64,000 nt of DNA from the NCBI GenBank assembly GCA_965113315.1, contig OZ220372.1, one strand, 5' to 3'. Positions 12,477 through 23,551 of the stretch are shown here, piece by piece. The position numbers and the translations under genes are program-made. The stretch comes from Podarcis vaucheri (taxonomy: Eukaryota). Every line of letters starts with the position of its first letter. Positions within the stretch are counted from its first letter, which is position 1. The notes under the pieces are model-generated. The model did no database searches, had not been told where the DNA came from, and saw nothing but the letters and a program-made list of their open reading frames with translations.

Positions 12477-12758
12477 TGTTATGTACTGAGTTGAATAGGC
12501 AGCCAATTGGTCCTAGAACAATAGGATCCAGAATGCAGCAGTCTGATTGGTCCACAGGAGTCACCCAATCTATCTCCAGGTGGAAGGGAATCCGCAACCT
12601 GATTGGCCTCAGGAGAATCCCGGAATTAGCCAATCACGTGGGGTCCATTGTGTAAATAATGTATATAAAGCAGACATTCTGGGGGAACTTCCATTCCTCC
12701 TCACCACATGAGCTGAATATAGAGCATGAAATCTACTCTCGACTCTGAGTATATTTCA
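12477..12758 (+). mobile_element. solo LTR (282 bp)
   Basis: TG...CA ends, exact 5-bp TSD GAAAT, five CCAAT/ATTGG clusters, CACGTG, TATATAAA at 12662. Confidence 0.88.
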
Positions 12759-14135
12759 GAAATACAACAGAGACACTGGCAAAATCAATTTCTTAAGCAT
12801 GACTTTTTAAAAAAATCATTTTATTATAAATATCAATACATTACAAAACAATATATACTTAACATTACATTACATATATTACATACAACGCATACCTCAC
12901 CTAATTTCTTATGCGTGCCTAACTCAGGGTTGGATGGTGGCTGAAGTTCTTGCAAGCCCCCGTTGAAATTGTTGCTTGGTAATGGAATATTAAAGTGAGG
13001 GTCTTCACAACAAATATATTGAATACCCCAAATATAATATTCTGACCCTTAGGGAGGAAACAAAGGGTGGTACTCGGAATCAATGTCCATGGCCTAGGTT
13101 TGATTCCCATACCCAGATATTGAAAATAATATGCCCTTGATTGGCATATTATAAAGTTGTAATTCTCATAAATTACAGTAGATACATTTTAAACAAACCG
13201 TGTTTTTCATATTTTGAAATTCAGTTACTGTACAAGACAAAATGTAACAGGGAAAGCCTGTGCTGAATCATCCTTGTATAGTATAGCCAAGATCCAGTGA
13301 GCTTCCTCAGAACGCAGCCTGTGGAACTGAAAAGGAAAACAAAGGCAGACACAAATCCTTTATCACTAACTTTTTTTTAAAAAAAAAAAGTACCTCGATT
13401 TCAAACGTGGTTTGTTGCTGGTGTTGAAAGGCTGCTATTCAAGAAACATAAGCTCAAATTCCCTTTGGGCATGTGGAATTAGTTGAGCACTTGGCTTATG
13501 TCTGTAACCAGTTTCAGGTTCTCACAGCATTTCAGAGTTAGAAATCAGAATGGGGTTGTGGAGATCCCAAACTTAATAATGGGATTTCCCAGATTGCTCA
13601 TTGTCTCCTGTAGATGGTTGGATTTTGACTGGAGATTAAATAGGAGACATAGCTCATGGACCTGAGACTTCTTGATCTTACGCCAGGTAGAATCCTGGCT
13701 GCCTAGTATTGTTTGAGCAAGCCATTTTCTGTAATGTGAACATATGCAGGGAGCTATATTATTACAATGAGTCACATTTTAAGGTTTCCAGAAACATTAA
13801 CAAACAGTACAATCCTACAGTCTACTCAGAAGTAAATTTAGTTAATTTCAATGGGCCTTACTCCCAAATAAATGGATTGCAGCCTTAGATTTCAATCCTA
13901 GAACCCAATGGTTAGAAGCCTGAGACCCTCCCAATGCTGCTGTTTTGACTCCCATCAGCCCCGGCCAGCAGGGTCAGTGGTCAGGTGGTGAATGTGAAGG
14001 GCCAAATGTTCCTCACACTTTCCTGTGAGTAAGCCCCATTGAATTCAGTGGAGCTTCCTTCAGATTAGGCATGCACAGGATAAGAAAACATGTGAGAATT
14101 AAGACAAAAAGCTGACATTAATGTCTCATGTTCAG

Positions 14136-14239
14136 TGCAGGAGAATATTGGACAGAAAATCCTGAAACCTATGAAGAGAGCTTCTACAAAAGGAGCTTAG
14201 ATAATGAAAACTACATCTTCACAGCTCCCTTCTATAACA
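14136..14239 (+). CDS. CACNA2D1-like: alpha2delta exon: [35 protein letters not shown]
   Basis: ttcag acceptor, gtaagt donor; [16 protein letters not shown] motif. Confidence 0.96.
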
Positions 14240-14536
14240 GTAAGTCACTGGCCACCCAAAATTATCTTGCTAAACTCCAGATACAGTACGTTCTATCCAT
14301 ATTACACAACTATGGAATGTTGAAGACATCTGGAAAAGTATGCACAATGGCTATGAAGATTACCATGTAGCAGTTATGCATGTCTGTTTCTCAAAAGTTT
14401 TAGCTAGAACTCAGGAAATGTTGCCAAAGGATTTGCAGGAAGCTGCAGTTGAGTCAGTGAAGCATGACCCTGATTAGGTTAGGGCTTCCTCTGGCGTTAA
14501 AATTTTAATTCAGTAGCACAATCCTGGGAGGCATTT

Positions 14537-14683
14537 ATAGAATCATAGAATTGTAGGGTTGGAAGGGACTCAAAGGATCATCTAGTCCAACCCCCCGCAG
14601 TGGAGAAATATCCAACTGGCCCATACAGGAATTGGAATGCACGGCCTTGGCATTATCAGCACCATGCTCTAACCAACTGAGCC
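14537..14683 (-). mobile_element. tRNA-head/CR1-tail SINE
   Basis: minus strand reads tggctcagttggttagagcatggtgctgataat... followed by the CR1-type attctatgattctat tail. Confidence 0.8.
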
Positions 14684-14804
14684 ACCTATTCATGGTGAAT
14701 TGCAAACAGGCACAACCTAATCTACAAACAGATACAACCCAATTCATTTGGTTTCTCTCTGACACACGAAAACTGTTTCATAGTCATCTATTAAATGTTT
14801 GGGT

Positions 14805-14860
14805 TTCCTTCCTTCCTTCCTTCCTTCCTTCCTTCCTTCCTTCCTTCCTTCCTTCCTTCC
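14805..14860 (+). repeat. (TTCC)14 microsatellite
   Basis: direct reading. Confidence 0.97.
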
Positions 14861-14869
14861 TAATCTCAG

Positions 14870-14947
14870 GAAGCGTATCTGAAGATGGCATTATGGTCAG
14901 CAAGGCTGTGAAAATAACCGTCAATGGAAAACTTCTGAAACCTGCAG
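14870..14947 (+). CDS. CACNA2D1-like: alpha2delta exon: RSVSEDGIMVSKAVKITVNGKLLKPA
   Basis: ctcag acceptor after (TTCC)n, gtagga donor; GIMVSKAV and GKLLKPA motifs. Confidence 0.94.
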
Positions 14948-15159
14948 GTAGGAAGGAATAATACTGACATTTCTTGACCATTGTTATTGGACATAGTAAA
15001 CAGCAACTGAAGTTCATGTTTTAAAGAGCAAATCTGCATTACTTAGCTTACTTGTAAGTCTCTTTGACCATGCTAAAGGTCCCACAGATTTCTGAATAAA
15101 GCTGTTTATTAGTTTTTCCCTTTTGAGGGAAGATGAACAAAAGAGTATTGGTAAGACCG

Positions 15160-15345
15160 TTGCAATCACTCTTGGATGAAACTGATTACCTTCTCCAATT
15201 TCAATTTGAGTTCAGACCTGATTGTGAGACTAAATTGGTCTTGGTTGCCCTGATGGATGACCTTTGTTGGGAGAAGAACGGTGGGATGCAACACTTGTTC
15301 TTTCTTGGTCTTTCGGTGGCATTTGAAACCAATGACCATGTATCC
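15160..15345 (+). mobile_element. L2 LINE reverse-transcriptase remnant
   Basis: LQSLLDETDYL..FQ..FRP..ET..VLVAL.DDL...LS.AF.T.DH resembles L2 RT motifs. Confidence 0.8.
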
Positions 15346-15391
15346 TCCTTAACTGACTGACTTCCCTTATATATTGTGTATTCCCTGTTAG

Positions 15392-15459
15392 TTGTTGGAG
15401 TAAAAATCAATGTGACCAACTGGATGGAAAATTTCACCAAAATCACTACAAAGAATCAG
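15392..15459 (+). CDS. CACNA2D1-like: alpha2delta exon: VVGVKINVTNWMENFTKITTKNQ
   Basis: gttag acceptor, gtaagg donor; homologous to VVGIKIDVNSWIENFTK. Confidence 0.94.
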
Positions 15460-16274
15460 GTAAGGAACTTGTAGCTTTTCTTTTGAGCATCAATGTGAAT
15501 ACTTCAACTTACATCTAGGATTGTTTTATTGTGTGCTCCTGTGCTACAGCTCAGTATCCAATTGGAAATATTGATTCAAACATTCATACATAAATAAATG
15601 GGCAGAAGTTATGCAGTGGATATAATTGTTACCAATAACCAAGTGTAACATCAAGTGCCTTTGATTGATCATCATGCTGAGTAGAGATGGCCTAAACAGA
15701 GTCTTGCTTTATCCTACCACTGCTTGTCCTTCCACTTTCCCCTCCTTTCCAGGCACCCTCAGATGTACCTAGTGTGGGAGAAGAGGGAATAAAGGGGGAA
15801 TAAGCAGCTGCTAGCTCCTTGGACATTCCTTTCAAGGTGAAGAAAGGGATGTGTGGGCAAGAGTAGTAAATCTGGGAGTAGGACGAGTTACCTACCAGAT
15901 TTGTCAAGAATCCATCTTCCTAATTACCTTTTTCAGCATATGTAACTTTCATTGGAAGTCTGGTAATTCAGGAGTTGCAGAACTAATGCTTTGGCCTAAT
16001 TTTGAGTGTTTTACTTTATGTTGGATTAGTGTGCATCTTCTTGGCTCTTGGAAATGTTTTGAAATATTGTCCTGAGATTTTTGTGGTCTTGCAACAGCAG
16101 TTAACGCAAGCTGTTGAGCAGCAGTGGTGAATTTTGACAAATGTAAATATTCTGCCCAAATACTTGACATTTGACCTGGCTACAAAAGCAGCGTAAGCAC
16201 AACTCTAGATTGAATGTCATCATTCTTTGTTTAACAACAGGTTTCATATGTTGCATTGTATGTCTATTTTTCAG

Positions 16275-16313
16275 TGCAAAAGTGAACTGTGTGGATGTGA
16301 AAAGAACAGTCGG
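16275..16313 (+). CDS. CACNA2D1-like: alpha2delta 39-nt exon: CKSELCGCEKNSR
   Basis: tttcag acceptor, gtaaga donor; C-x4-C-x-C spacing as in CAGPVCDCKRNSD. Confidence 0.92.
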
Positions 16314-16467
16314 GTAAGAATGTGTTCATTAATAAATCATTTGCAGATACTGAAGCCATGTTTGTGGGTGATGTTGTAAGGATGGCATATTTGCTTTGAA
16401 GCACAGACACTATGTCAATGATAAGCATTATCTTACTATTATCCATCACTGGGATACCTCAATCAGC

Positions 16468-16720
16468 AGTGCTATTTTTCTAGAAAAAGAGGTGTTGGAA
16501 CACACACTGAACCCCTTGTACACTTCTAATGGCAATGGCGCCCACCTGAGAGGTGTCGGAACTGAGTTCCAGTGAGTTCCAGCTGAAAAAAGCCCTGAGC
16601 ACAAGACTCTTAATCTCAGAGTTGTGGGTTCAAGCCCCATGTTGCGCAAAAGATTCCCGCATTGCAGGGGTTGGACTAGATGACCCTTGTGGTCTTTCCA
16701 ACAATTCTGATACTATGATT
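16468..16720 (+). mobile_element. small MITE (16468-16596) abutting a tRNA-Lys-derived SINE with CR1 tail
   Basis: cagtgctatttttc...gaaaaaagccctg termini; then gactcttaatctcagagttgtgggttcaagcccca head and ggttggactagatgacc tail. Confidence 0.65.
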
Positions 16721-16961
16721 ATCTTGCTGCCATTGAGACATGTTTTCTTTGCACCAATCCAGAGTGCTCATATGTGCAGTCACATCTAAACTGAGACTAA
16801 GATGAACAATCCCAGCTACTCATATTCATTCCCCTCTCTTGGATGCATTGTGTTATCTCCACGGCATCCGACTGAGTATAAAGATCCTGCCATCAAACCA
16901 ATTACACAACAACAAAAATTGGAACCAAAATACATTATTAGAGCATTGTCATTATTTATGA

Positions 16962-17324
16962 GGGGACGCGGGTGGCGCTGTGGGTAAAACCTCAGTGCCC
17001 AGGACTTGCCGGTCGTATGGTCGGTGGTTCGAATCCCCACGGTGGGGTGAGCTCCCGTCGTTCGGTCCCAGCTCCTGCCCACCTAGCAGTTCGAAAGCAC
17101 CCTTAAGTGCAAGTAGATAAATAGGGATCGCTTTATAGTGGGAAGGTAAACGGCGTTTCTGTGTGCTGCACTGGTGCTGGCTCGCCAGAGCAGCTTCGTC
17201 ACGCTGGCCACGTGACCCGGAAGTGTCTCCGGACAGCGCTGGCTCCAGGCCTCTTAAGCGAGATGAGCACGCAACCCCAGAGTCAGACACGACTGGCCTG
17301 TACGGGCGGGGGTACCTTTACCTT
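16962..17324 (+). mobile_element. Sauria SINE, full length
   Basis: gggacgcgggtggcgctgtgg head, acctttacctt tail, 11-bp TSD ATTATTTATGA. Confidence 0.93.
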
Positions 17325-17460
17325 ATTATTTATGAATGCAAACAACAGCAATGAAATAATTGGTGCTGTATCGAGAGAAGGATCAAATAAATAAGAGTTA
17401 AAAGCTGCATATGTTTCAATTTTGTCTTTAGCAGCTACAAGAGAGTGACTGATGCCAGTA

Positions 17461-18401
17461 CAGTGGTACCCCGCAAGACGAACGCCTCGCGAGACGAAAA
17501 ACTCGCAAAACGAAAGGTTTTTTCGTTTTCAAGTTGCCTCGCAAGACGAATTTCCCTATGGGCTTGCTTCGCAAAACGAAGCTTGCCCCGGGGACAGCGG
17601 GTCTTCTCTTTTGAAGCAAGGGGCTGCGGGGAGATAGCAATCTCCCTGCAGCCCCTTGCTGCAAAAGACGTCCGGGGGAAGCAGGGAAGCGAAGCGCTTC
17701 GCTTCCTGCTTCCCCCGGACCTCTTCTGAAGCAAGGGGCTGGGGGGAGATCGCAATCTCCCTGCAGCCCCTTGCTTCAAAAGAGGTCCGGGGGAAGCGGG
17801 AAGCGAAGCGCTTCGCTTCCCCGCTTCCCCCGACGTCTTTGGCAGCAAGGGGCTGCGGGGAGATGGCTTCTCCCGGTGCTCCGAAGCCGGGCGGGGGGGC
17901 AGGGGACACCTCCCGCCGCAGCGGGGACACCTTTTGAAGGCAGGCGGGGGGGGAGCAAAGACTTTGGCCGCCCGCCTTCAGAAGAGGTCCAGGACCTCTT
18001 CTGAAGGCTGGCGGGGGGCAAAAGTCTTTGTCCCCCCTGCCTGCCTTCCCAGGGGCTTTTAAATCGCCCCGGACAGCGGAGAAGTCCTCCGCTGTCCGGG
18101 GCGATTTTAAAATGCCGCCCGGCAGCATTTTAAGATCGCCCGGACAGCGGAGAAGTCCTCCGCTGTCCCGGGGTTTTTTAAAATGCTGGGGGTGGAAAGA
18201 AAAGCCCTTGTCCCCCCCCCAGCCTTCAGAAGAGGTCCGGGGACAGACTGTCCCCGGACCTGGTCTGAAGGCGGTTTCCCTAGGAACGCATTAATTGATT
18301 TTCAATGCATTCCTATGGGAAACCGTGCATCGCAAGACGAAAAAACCGCAAGACGAAGAGACTTGCGGAACGAATTAATTTCGTCTTGCGAGGCACCACT
18401 G
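17461..18401. mobile_element. Tc1/mariner-type MITE with expanded GC-rich palindromic interior
   Basis: TIR CAGTGGT.CC.CGCAAGACGAA flanked by TA; a 230-bp version lies at 44198-44427. Confidence 0.88.
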
Positions 18402-18713
18402 TACTACAGTTTATGAGTAGTTGGGGGGGCAGTAGCCTTTTCTTCATGAAATGATGGGCAATAGCAAATGATTTCTTCCTTTTTGTTTATCTTCAGTGAG
18501 TGATATGATCATTAAGAAAACTGCTAACTATTATTTTATAACTGGAAAGGTAACTACAACTGCAGTCCTATACACATTTACCCAGGTGGTAAAACTCATT
18601 CTCCTTAGGCTGGCATGGGGCTGCTGGTGCTCAGCTCAACAAATATGTTCTGAATTGTGACTATAAAGCAAATAATAATTTCCCCCCTATTGTCCTCCTT
18701 GTCTTTATTGCAG

Positions 18714-18785
18714 CATGTTGACTGTGTTATCCTTGATGATGGAGGATTTCTCTTGATGACAAATCAGGAATGGGATATGCAAGAG
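18714..18785 (+). CDS. CACNA2D1-like: alpha2delta exon: HVDCVILDDGGFLLMTNQEWDMQE
   Basis: tgcag acceptor, gtaagt donor; DCVILDDGGFLLM motif. Confidence 0.96.
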
Positions 18786-19079
18786 GTAAGTGTGATACAG
18801 ATCAAGTTGTCTGTCAAGTTGTCTTACAATCAAAGTGCTGTCTATTTTATCAAATCAAATTACAAGCTTTTAGTTTGACTTAAGATTTCAGATTTCATAA
18901 TAACCAAATTAGAACAGCCAGGACAACTCTCTCATTCAGAATCTGTATCCATGACAAGAGTACAGGACTGTGCAAGCCAATCTTTTTTCCTTCACCCTTG
19001 ATCATAAAGTGTGTTATGTGAAAATAGAACAGGGTACAAACTTAATGTTCACTTTTTGAAACATTAGGTGTACCCGAAC

Positions 19080-19390
19080 ACAGCAATCCATTGAAACCTG
19101 CACTTCTCTGAATTTTGCATTGCAGTTCTCCAGCCAAGTCACATTTATAAAAATTTATACACTAGGATAAAATGTACATAAAAACTTATACATTAATGAA
19201 GATTTTAAAATGCATTGCATTAGGGGACATTGCTTTGCATGAATGTGCTATGTTGGGCAAAGTTGCATGTAAATGCTCATTTTAGGAGAAATTCAGTGAT
19301 GGATTTTCCAGAAGACTGATGTGAAAATGAGAACTCATTGGAAAAATGAGAAACAGAGAGGAACCAAAGTGGACAGATTCACTTGTCCCT
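19080..19390. repeat. unclassified interspersed repeat; related copies ~10690-11000, 57700-58060, 63890-64000
   Basis: shared gcagttctccagccaa and aaatgc.tatatt motifs. Confidence 0.5.
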
Positions 19391-19481
19391 AGTTGTGGCT
19401 GATACACACCTGCCTTATGCATATCACTGAAAAGAGCATCAAATGAACCTCTGCTATGAACTTACACAAATGTGTCCCCCC

Positions 19482-19512
<31 letters not shown>

Positions 19513-19640
19513 TTATACCCCGCTCATCTGGCTGGGTTTCCCCAGCCACTCTGGGTGGCTTCCAACAAAAGTTTAAAAATACATTAAAACATCAGTCATT
19601 AAAAACTTCCCTAAACAGGGCTGTCTTCACATGTCTTCTA
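19482..19640 (-). mobile_element. L2 LINE 3' tail with (TAA)n; similar tail at ~9375-9460
   Basis: reverse complement of the 3' end seen at 47520-47703. Confidence 0.8.
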
Positions 19641-20590
19641 AACTATAATATTTATTTATTTATTTAAAACCTTTATATCCTGCCTTTCAAAAGTGCTCCA
19701 AAAGTGGCTTACATGTAAATAGAATACAGATTCCTAGACAAACTCAAAACATTATTATGCACACACCATCAATAAGTATATAATTTTGAATTTAAAACTC
19801 ACCTGCTCTGCTCTCTGACTGACTGAGCCGAAAGACCGAGCCTAAAACAAACCTTGTGTGTCCTAAGTGCAGTGAGTAGGACTGAACTGAGAGTGGGAGG
19901 GGAGTCGAAGTTGCTGCCCGGTGTGTGGGATAGAGAGGGAGGGAGGTCAGGGAAACAAAAAGCAGCTTTATGTGCGCATGAAATGTATATAATATGCAAG
20001 CACACCGTTTTTGTTGTTCATTTTAAAGATGTGTATTTTAATGGAAATGAAGGGGAGGGGAACTTGGATCAAATTGACATCCAGAAGTGAGACATACATT
20101 AGAAAACAACTGTGTGGATTAGCCTGACGTCAAAAGAAATTGTAATGTTCCATCCCTAGATCTAGCCTTCTTTAAATCTATACCTATAAAGTAGTTAACT
20201 ATTGGGTTCAGGCTTTGAATTAATATGTCATTTCTCCTTTTTTTATTGCTCTTTTTACTTAGATGAAGAACCTTGCATTTGTAATAATTCATTGCCATTC
20301 TACAGGCAGTTTTGACGCTCTAGGGCAAAGCTTCCAAGTACTGTATTCTCAGCTATATTGCACCCAAAATGTTGCTGGTTGCATTATTTGTTAATTAAAA
20401 AATCACACATTAAAAATAACGTTTAATTTTTTAAATTATTGTTTTTTCTGTGTTTTTAACAATTATTGTTTTAATCTGAAAGCCACATTGAGTCCTATCA
20501 GGGTGTAAATATAAGAACTATTATGTCTTCCAGTCTGTTTGAAGAGAAGCGTCTTTCTTTCTTTTTAAACAATCTCTTTTCCTTCATTAG

Positions 20591-20743
20591 ATCGGAAAAT
20601 TCTTTGGTGAGATTGACCCTGGCCTCATGCGAAATCTCATCAACATGTCCTTATATGCCTTTAACAAGTCTTATGACTATCAGTCTGTGTGTGACCCAGA
20701 AGAAGAAGCAAAGCAAGGAGCCGGACTCCGCTCTGTCTATGTG
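20591..20743 (+). CDS. CACNA2D1-like: alpha2delta exon: [51 protein letters not shown]
   Basis: attag acceptor, gtcagt donor; FFGEIDP and [12 protein letters not shown] motifs. Confidence 0.96.
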
Positions 20744-20760
20744 GTCAGTATCCTCTTGCC

Positions 20761-21136
20761 AGGATGCAGATGGTGCTGTGGTCTAAACCACTGAGCCTCT
20801 TGGGCTTGCTGATCAGAAGGTCAGCGGTTCGAATCCCCGCGACGGGGTGAGCTCCCGTTGCTCTGTCCCAGCTCCTGCCAATCTAGCAGTTTGAAAGCAC
20901 ACCAGTACAAGTAGATAAATAGGTACTGCTGTGGCAGGAAGATAAACAGTGCTTCTGTGCGCTCTGGTTTCCGTCACGGTGTTCCGTTGCACCAGAAGCA
21001 GTTTAGTCATGCTAAACTGACCCAGAAAGCTGTCTGTGGACAAATGCCGGCTCCCTTGGCCTGAAAGCGAGATGAGTGCCACAACCCCAGAGTCACCTTT
21101 GACTGGACTTAACTGACCAGGGGTCCTTTACTTTTA
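20761..21136 (+). mobile_element. Sauria SINE
   Basis: full body; 9-bp TSD CCTCTTGCC. Confidence 0.9.
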
Positions 21137-21365
21137 CCTCTTGCCTTTGCCCAGTCAGTATTATCCCTCCATGTGTTTAGACCAGGCCAGTCTATGTGGT
21201 GTCCTCGCAATAGTATTGGACTGCACCTCCCACCAACCCCAGCCATCATGGCCAGGAGTCAGGGATGACTGAAGTTGTAGTCCAACAAACAGCAGGAGGG
21301 AAGCAGGAGGGAAGAATAATTCAGAGATTATTCTAACCGTATATCAATTGCCTTTTATTTTCTAG

Positions 21366-21418
21366 CCTACGATAGCAGACATATTACATCTCGGGTGGTG
21401 GGCCTCTGCAGCCGCTTG
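21366..21418 (+). CDS. CACNA2D1-like: alpha2delta exon: PTIADILHLGWWASAAAW
   Basis: tctag acceptor, gtaagt donor; GWWA.AAAW motif. Confidence 0.95.
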
Positions 21419-21984
21419 GTAAGTTGAACTTTCCAGGTAGGGTTTATTATACATTTGAACTTGTGAGGGCCTTGACCGAACGATGTATACAGAATGAATT
21501 TGCCCAGCTGAGATTTCACCCCACATTCTTCTTGTTCAAATTTAGCTGAGCATTAAATAATGTCACTGCAAAATAGGGCTACAAAATCTTTTCCCAGAGG
21601 TTCCTGAAGATATTTACGAGGTGTGCAACTCAACATAAATTAAGAACCCTTGTTTTTGCAATGAAAGTGAACTTCTGCATTGGAGGGTAATCCAGAGAGG
21701 AAACCCAAACATGACTGAATATTTAAAAAACGGGTTATCAGTGATGATATCAGACACAGAGGTGTCTGGACTCAGTTTGGACTTTGGGGTGTTATTGTTC
21801 TTTTCACCTGGTTTCTTGAAATGTTCTTCGTAATGAAATCTAGGAAGGGAGCTGGTAGGAAAGAGGGGGAAAGACGAAGGGGATCAGTTACCATTTAATA
21901 AGGAGAAAAGGGAAAAGGCAGATTTCAACAAATCCATGCAGTGAAACAGGGAAAGCTATGCTTCAAAGAGGAGCAGGCGATCCT

Positions 21985-22010
21985 TCCTCTTCTTCTTCTT
22001 CTTCTTCTTC

Positions 22011-22053
<43 letters not shown>
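21985..22053 (+). repeat. compound (CTT)n(ATT)n microsatellite
   Basis: direct reading. Confidence 0.95.
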
Positions 22054-22054
<1 letters not shown>

Positions 22055-22212
22055 CAGGAATGTTCTCTGGGTTTGCTCTGCCATCTCCTGCTCCAGTTCA
22101 CACAGTGAATTCTCTGCCCCACTCCTAGAGCTAAAGCCTGTGTGATTTAGGCACTATCCCTCCTCACAGCTCCTTACTCTCTTGTTCCCTTGCTTTCCCC
22201 CTGTGTATCTAG

Positions 22213-22268
22213 GTCTATCTTGCAGCAGCTTTTTCTGGGCCTCACATTCCCACGTTTTCTTAGTGCCG
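22213..22268 (+). CDS. CACNA2D1-like: alpha2delta exon: SILQQLFLGLTFPRFLSA (end of alpha2)
   Basis: tctag acceptor, gtaagt donor; homologous to SILQQFLLSLTFPRLLEA. Confidence 0.95.
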
Positions 22269-22354
22269 GTAAGTGAAGAATCAGGTGTCAGAGACATTCC
22301 TTTGCTTTTATAATCAGGCTTCTCACAGAGCTGAACATGTTCTCTTTCTCACAG

Positions 22355-22484
22355 TGGAAATGGAGGAGGAAGACTTCAGTGCCATCCCATCTAAACAGAG
22401 CTGCATTACAGTACAAACTCAGTATTTCTTTGCCAATGATGAAAAATCATTTTATGGCATTTTAGATTGCATAAACTGTTCTAG
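22355..22484 (+). CDS. CACNA2D1-like: alpha2delta exon: [44 protein letters not shown] (start of delta)
   Basis: cacag acceptor after an 86-nt intron, gtaggt donor; KQSCIT.QTQYFF and LDC.NCSR motifs. Confidence 0.96.
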
Positions 22485-23273
22485 GTAGGTATTTCCTTAG
22501 AATTACGAAATTATGTCAAGTGCCTCTGACGCTTTCTTAATAGTGTTCTGATATTAAAGAAGCAACTGAGTTATTCATGTGAAACTATCAGTTATGAAGT
22601 AGATATAGATACAGATGATATAAATATAGATGTGTATGAATGCATTTACTTAAAATTTTTTTAACCTACCATTCATGCTTATGGATAACAGGACAGTGTA
22701 CAAAAGGCACAGCCAGCAGATCTTAACAAAATAAAATACCAAAAATTCCCACATGCACACGGGTAATCAAATAAAGCACATCTTTAACAGGTTTTAAACA
22801 GGTTTTAACCTTGCACTGAAAAGATTGCAATATTGGTGCCGGTTATATTCACTGTGGGGTGAATATTCCACAGCTGTGGTATCACCACAGAAAAGCCTCT
22901 CTCCCTTATTTCCACATAATGTGTCACTCTTAGTAAAGACACCCAAAGATGAGTTCACCTTGCTGCATTTATATATACTTCAGTAGCAATGGGCATCATG
23001 TTTTACTGTCCATATTGCTTGGAAATAGAAAGTTTGATTTTGTTGAGCAGAAGACAGGTTCTGAATATATAATATATATTATATATCTTTTCTCTGCCCA
23101 ACTGAGGTGGGGAGATCTTTGCACAAAATCAGGTTATTTGTAGCTTATGGTGCAAAAGTTGCATTAAGCCTTTGGAGTTTACCTGGTTGTCAAAAGTACT
23201 TATAGAAAATTGCCTACAAGTTCCTTTCCCCCCAGCATTAAACATTTGTTCTGTGCTTCATTTCTGTTTGCAG

Positions 23274-23386
23274 ACTTTTTCACGCAGAGAAGATTTCCAA
23301 TACAAATTTAGTATTCATAATGAGTGACACCAAACATATGTGCCGTCACTGTGATACAAGGCCACTGATGCAAGCAGAGAAGCCTG
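23274..23386 (+). CDS. CACNA2D1-like: alpha2delta exon: [37 protein letters not shown]
   Basis: tgcag acceptor; donor is U12-type GTATCCTTT. Confidence 0.95.
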
Positions 23387-23510
23387 GTATCCTTTGAAGT
23401 TTAAGTTTATGTTGAATTTGTGTTTGCTCACAAAATAACACCACCACACATTTCTGTAGAACCCCCAGTATCTGATTTTTAGCTGCTCCTAAAACTTGGA
23501 CGAGTTAGTG

Positions 23511-23513
<3 letters not shown>

Positions 23514-23549
<36 letters not shown>
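23514..23549 (+). repeat. (CA)n microsatellite; others at ~30274-30304 and ~40865-40893
   Basis: direct reading. Confidence 0.95.

Positions 23550-23551
<2 letters not shown>

Noticed and set aside
14610-14683. tRNA gene
   Set aside because: The tRNA-like head is degenerate and fused to a CR1 tail, so it is a SINE; the same applies near 16600.
17580-18270. CRISPR-like repeat array
   Set aside because: Eukaryotic context, no unique spacers, no cas genes.
17428-18416. Cluster of overlapping ORFs up to 190 aa
   Set aside because: Stop-poor GC-rich palindromic MITE interior; no transposase motifs.
22329-22354. Upstream alternative acceptors for the VEMEEE exon
   Set aside because: They would leave a 60-62-nt intron, too short for vertebrates, and one shifts the frame.
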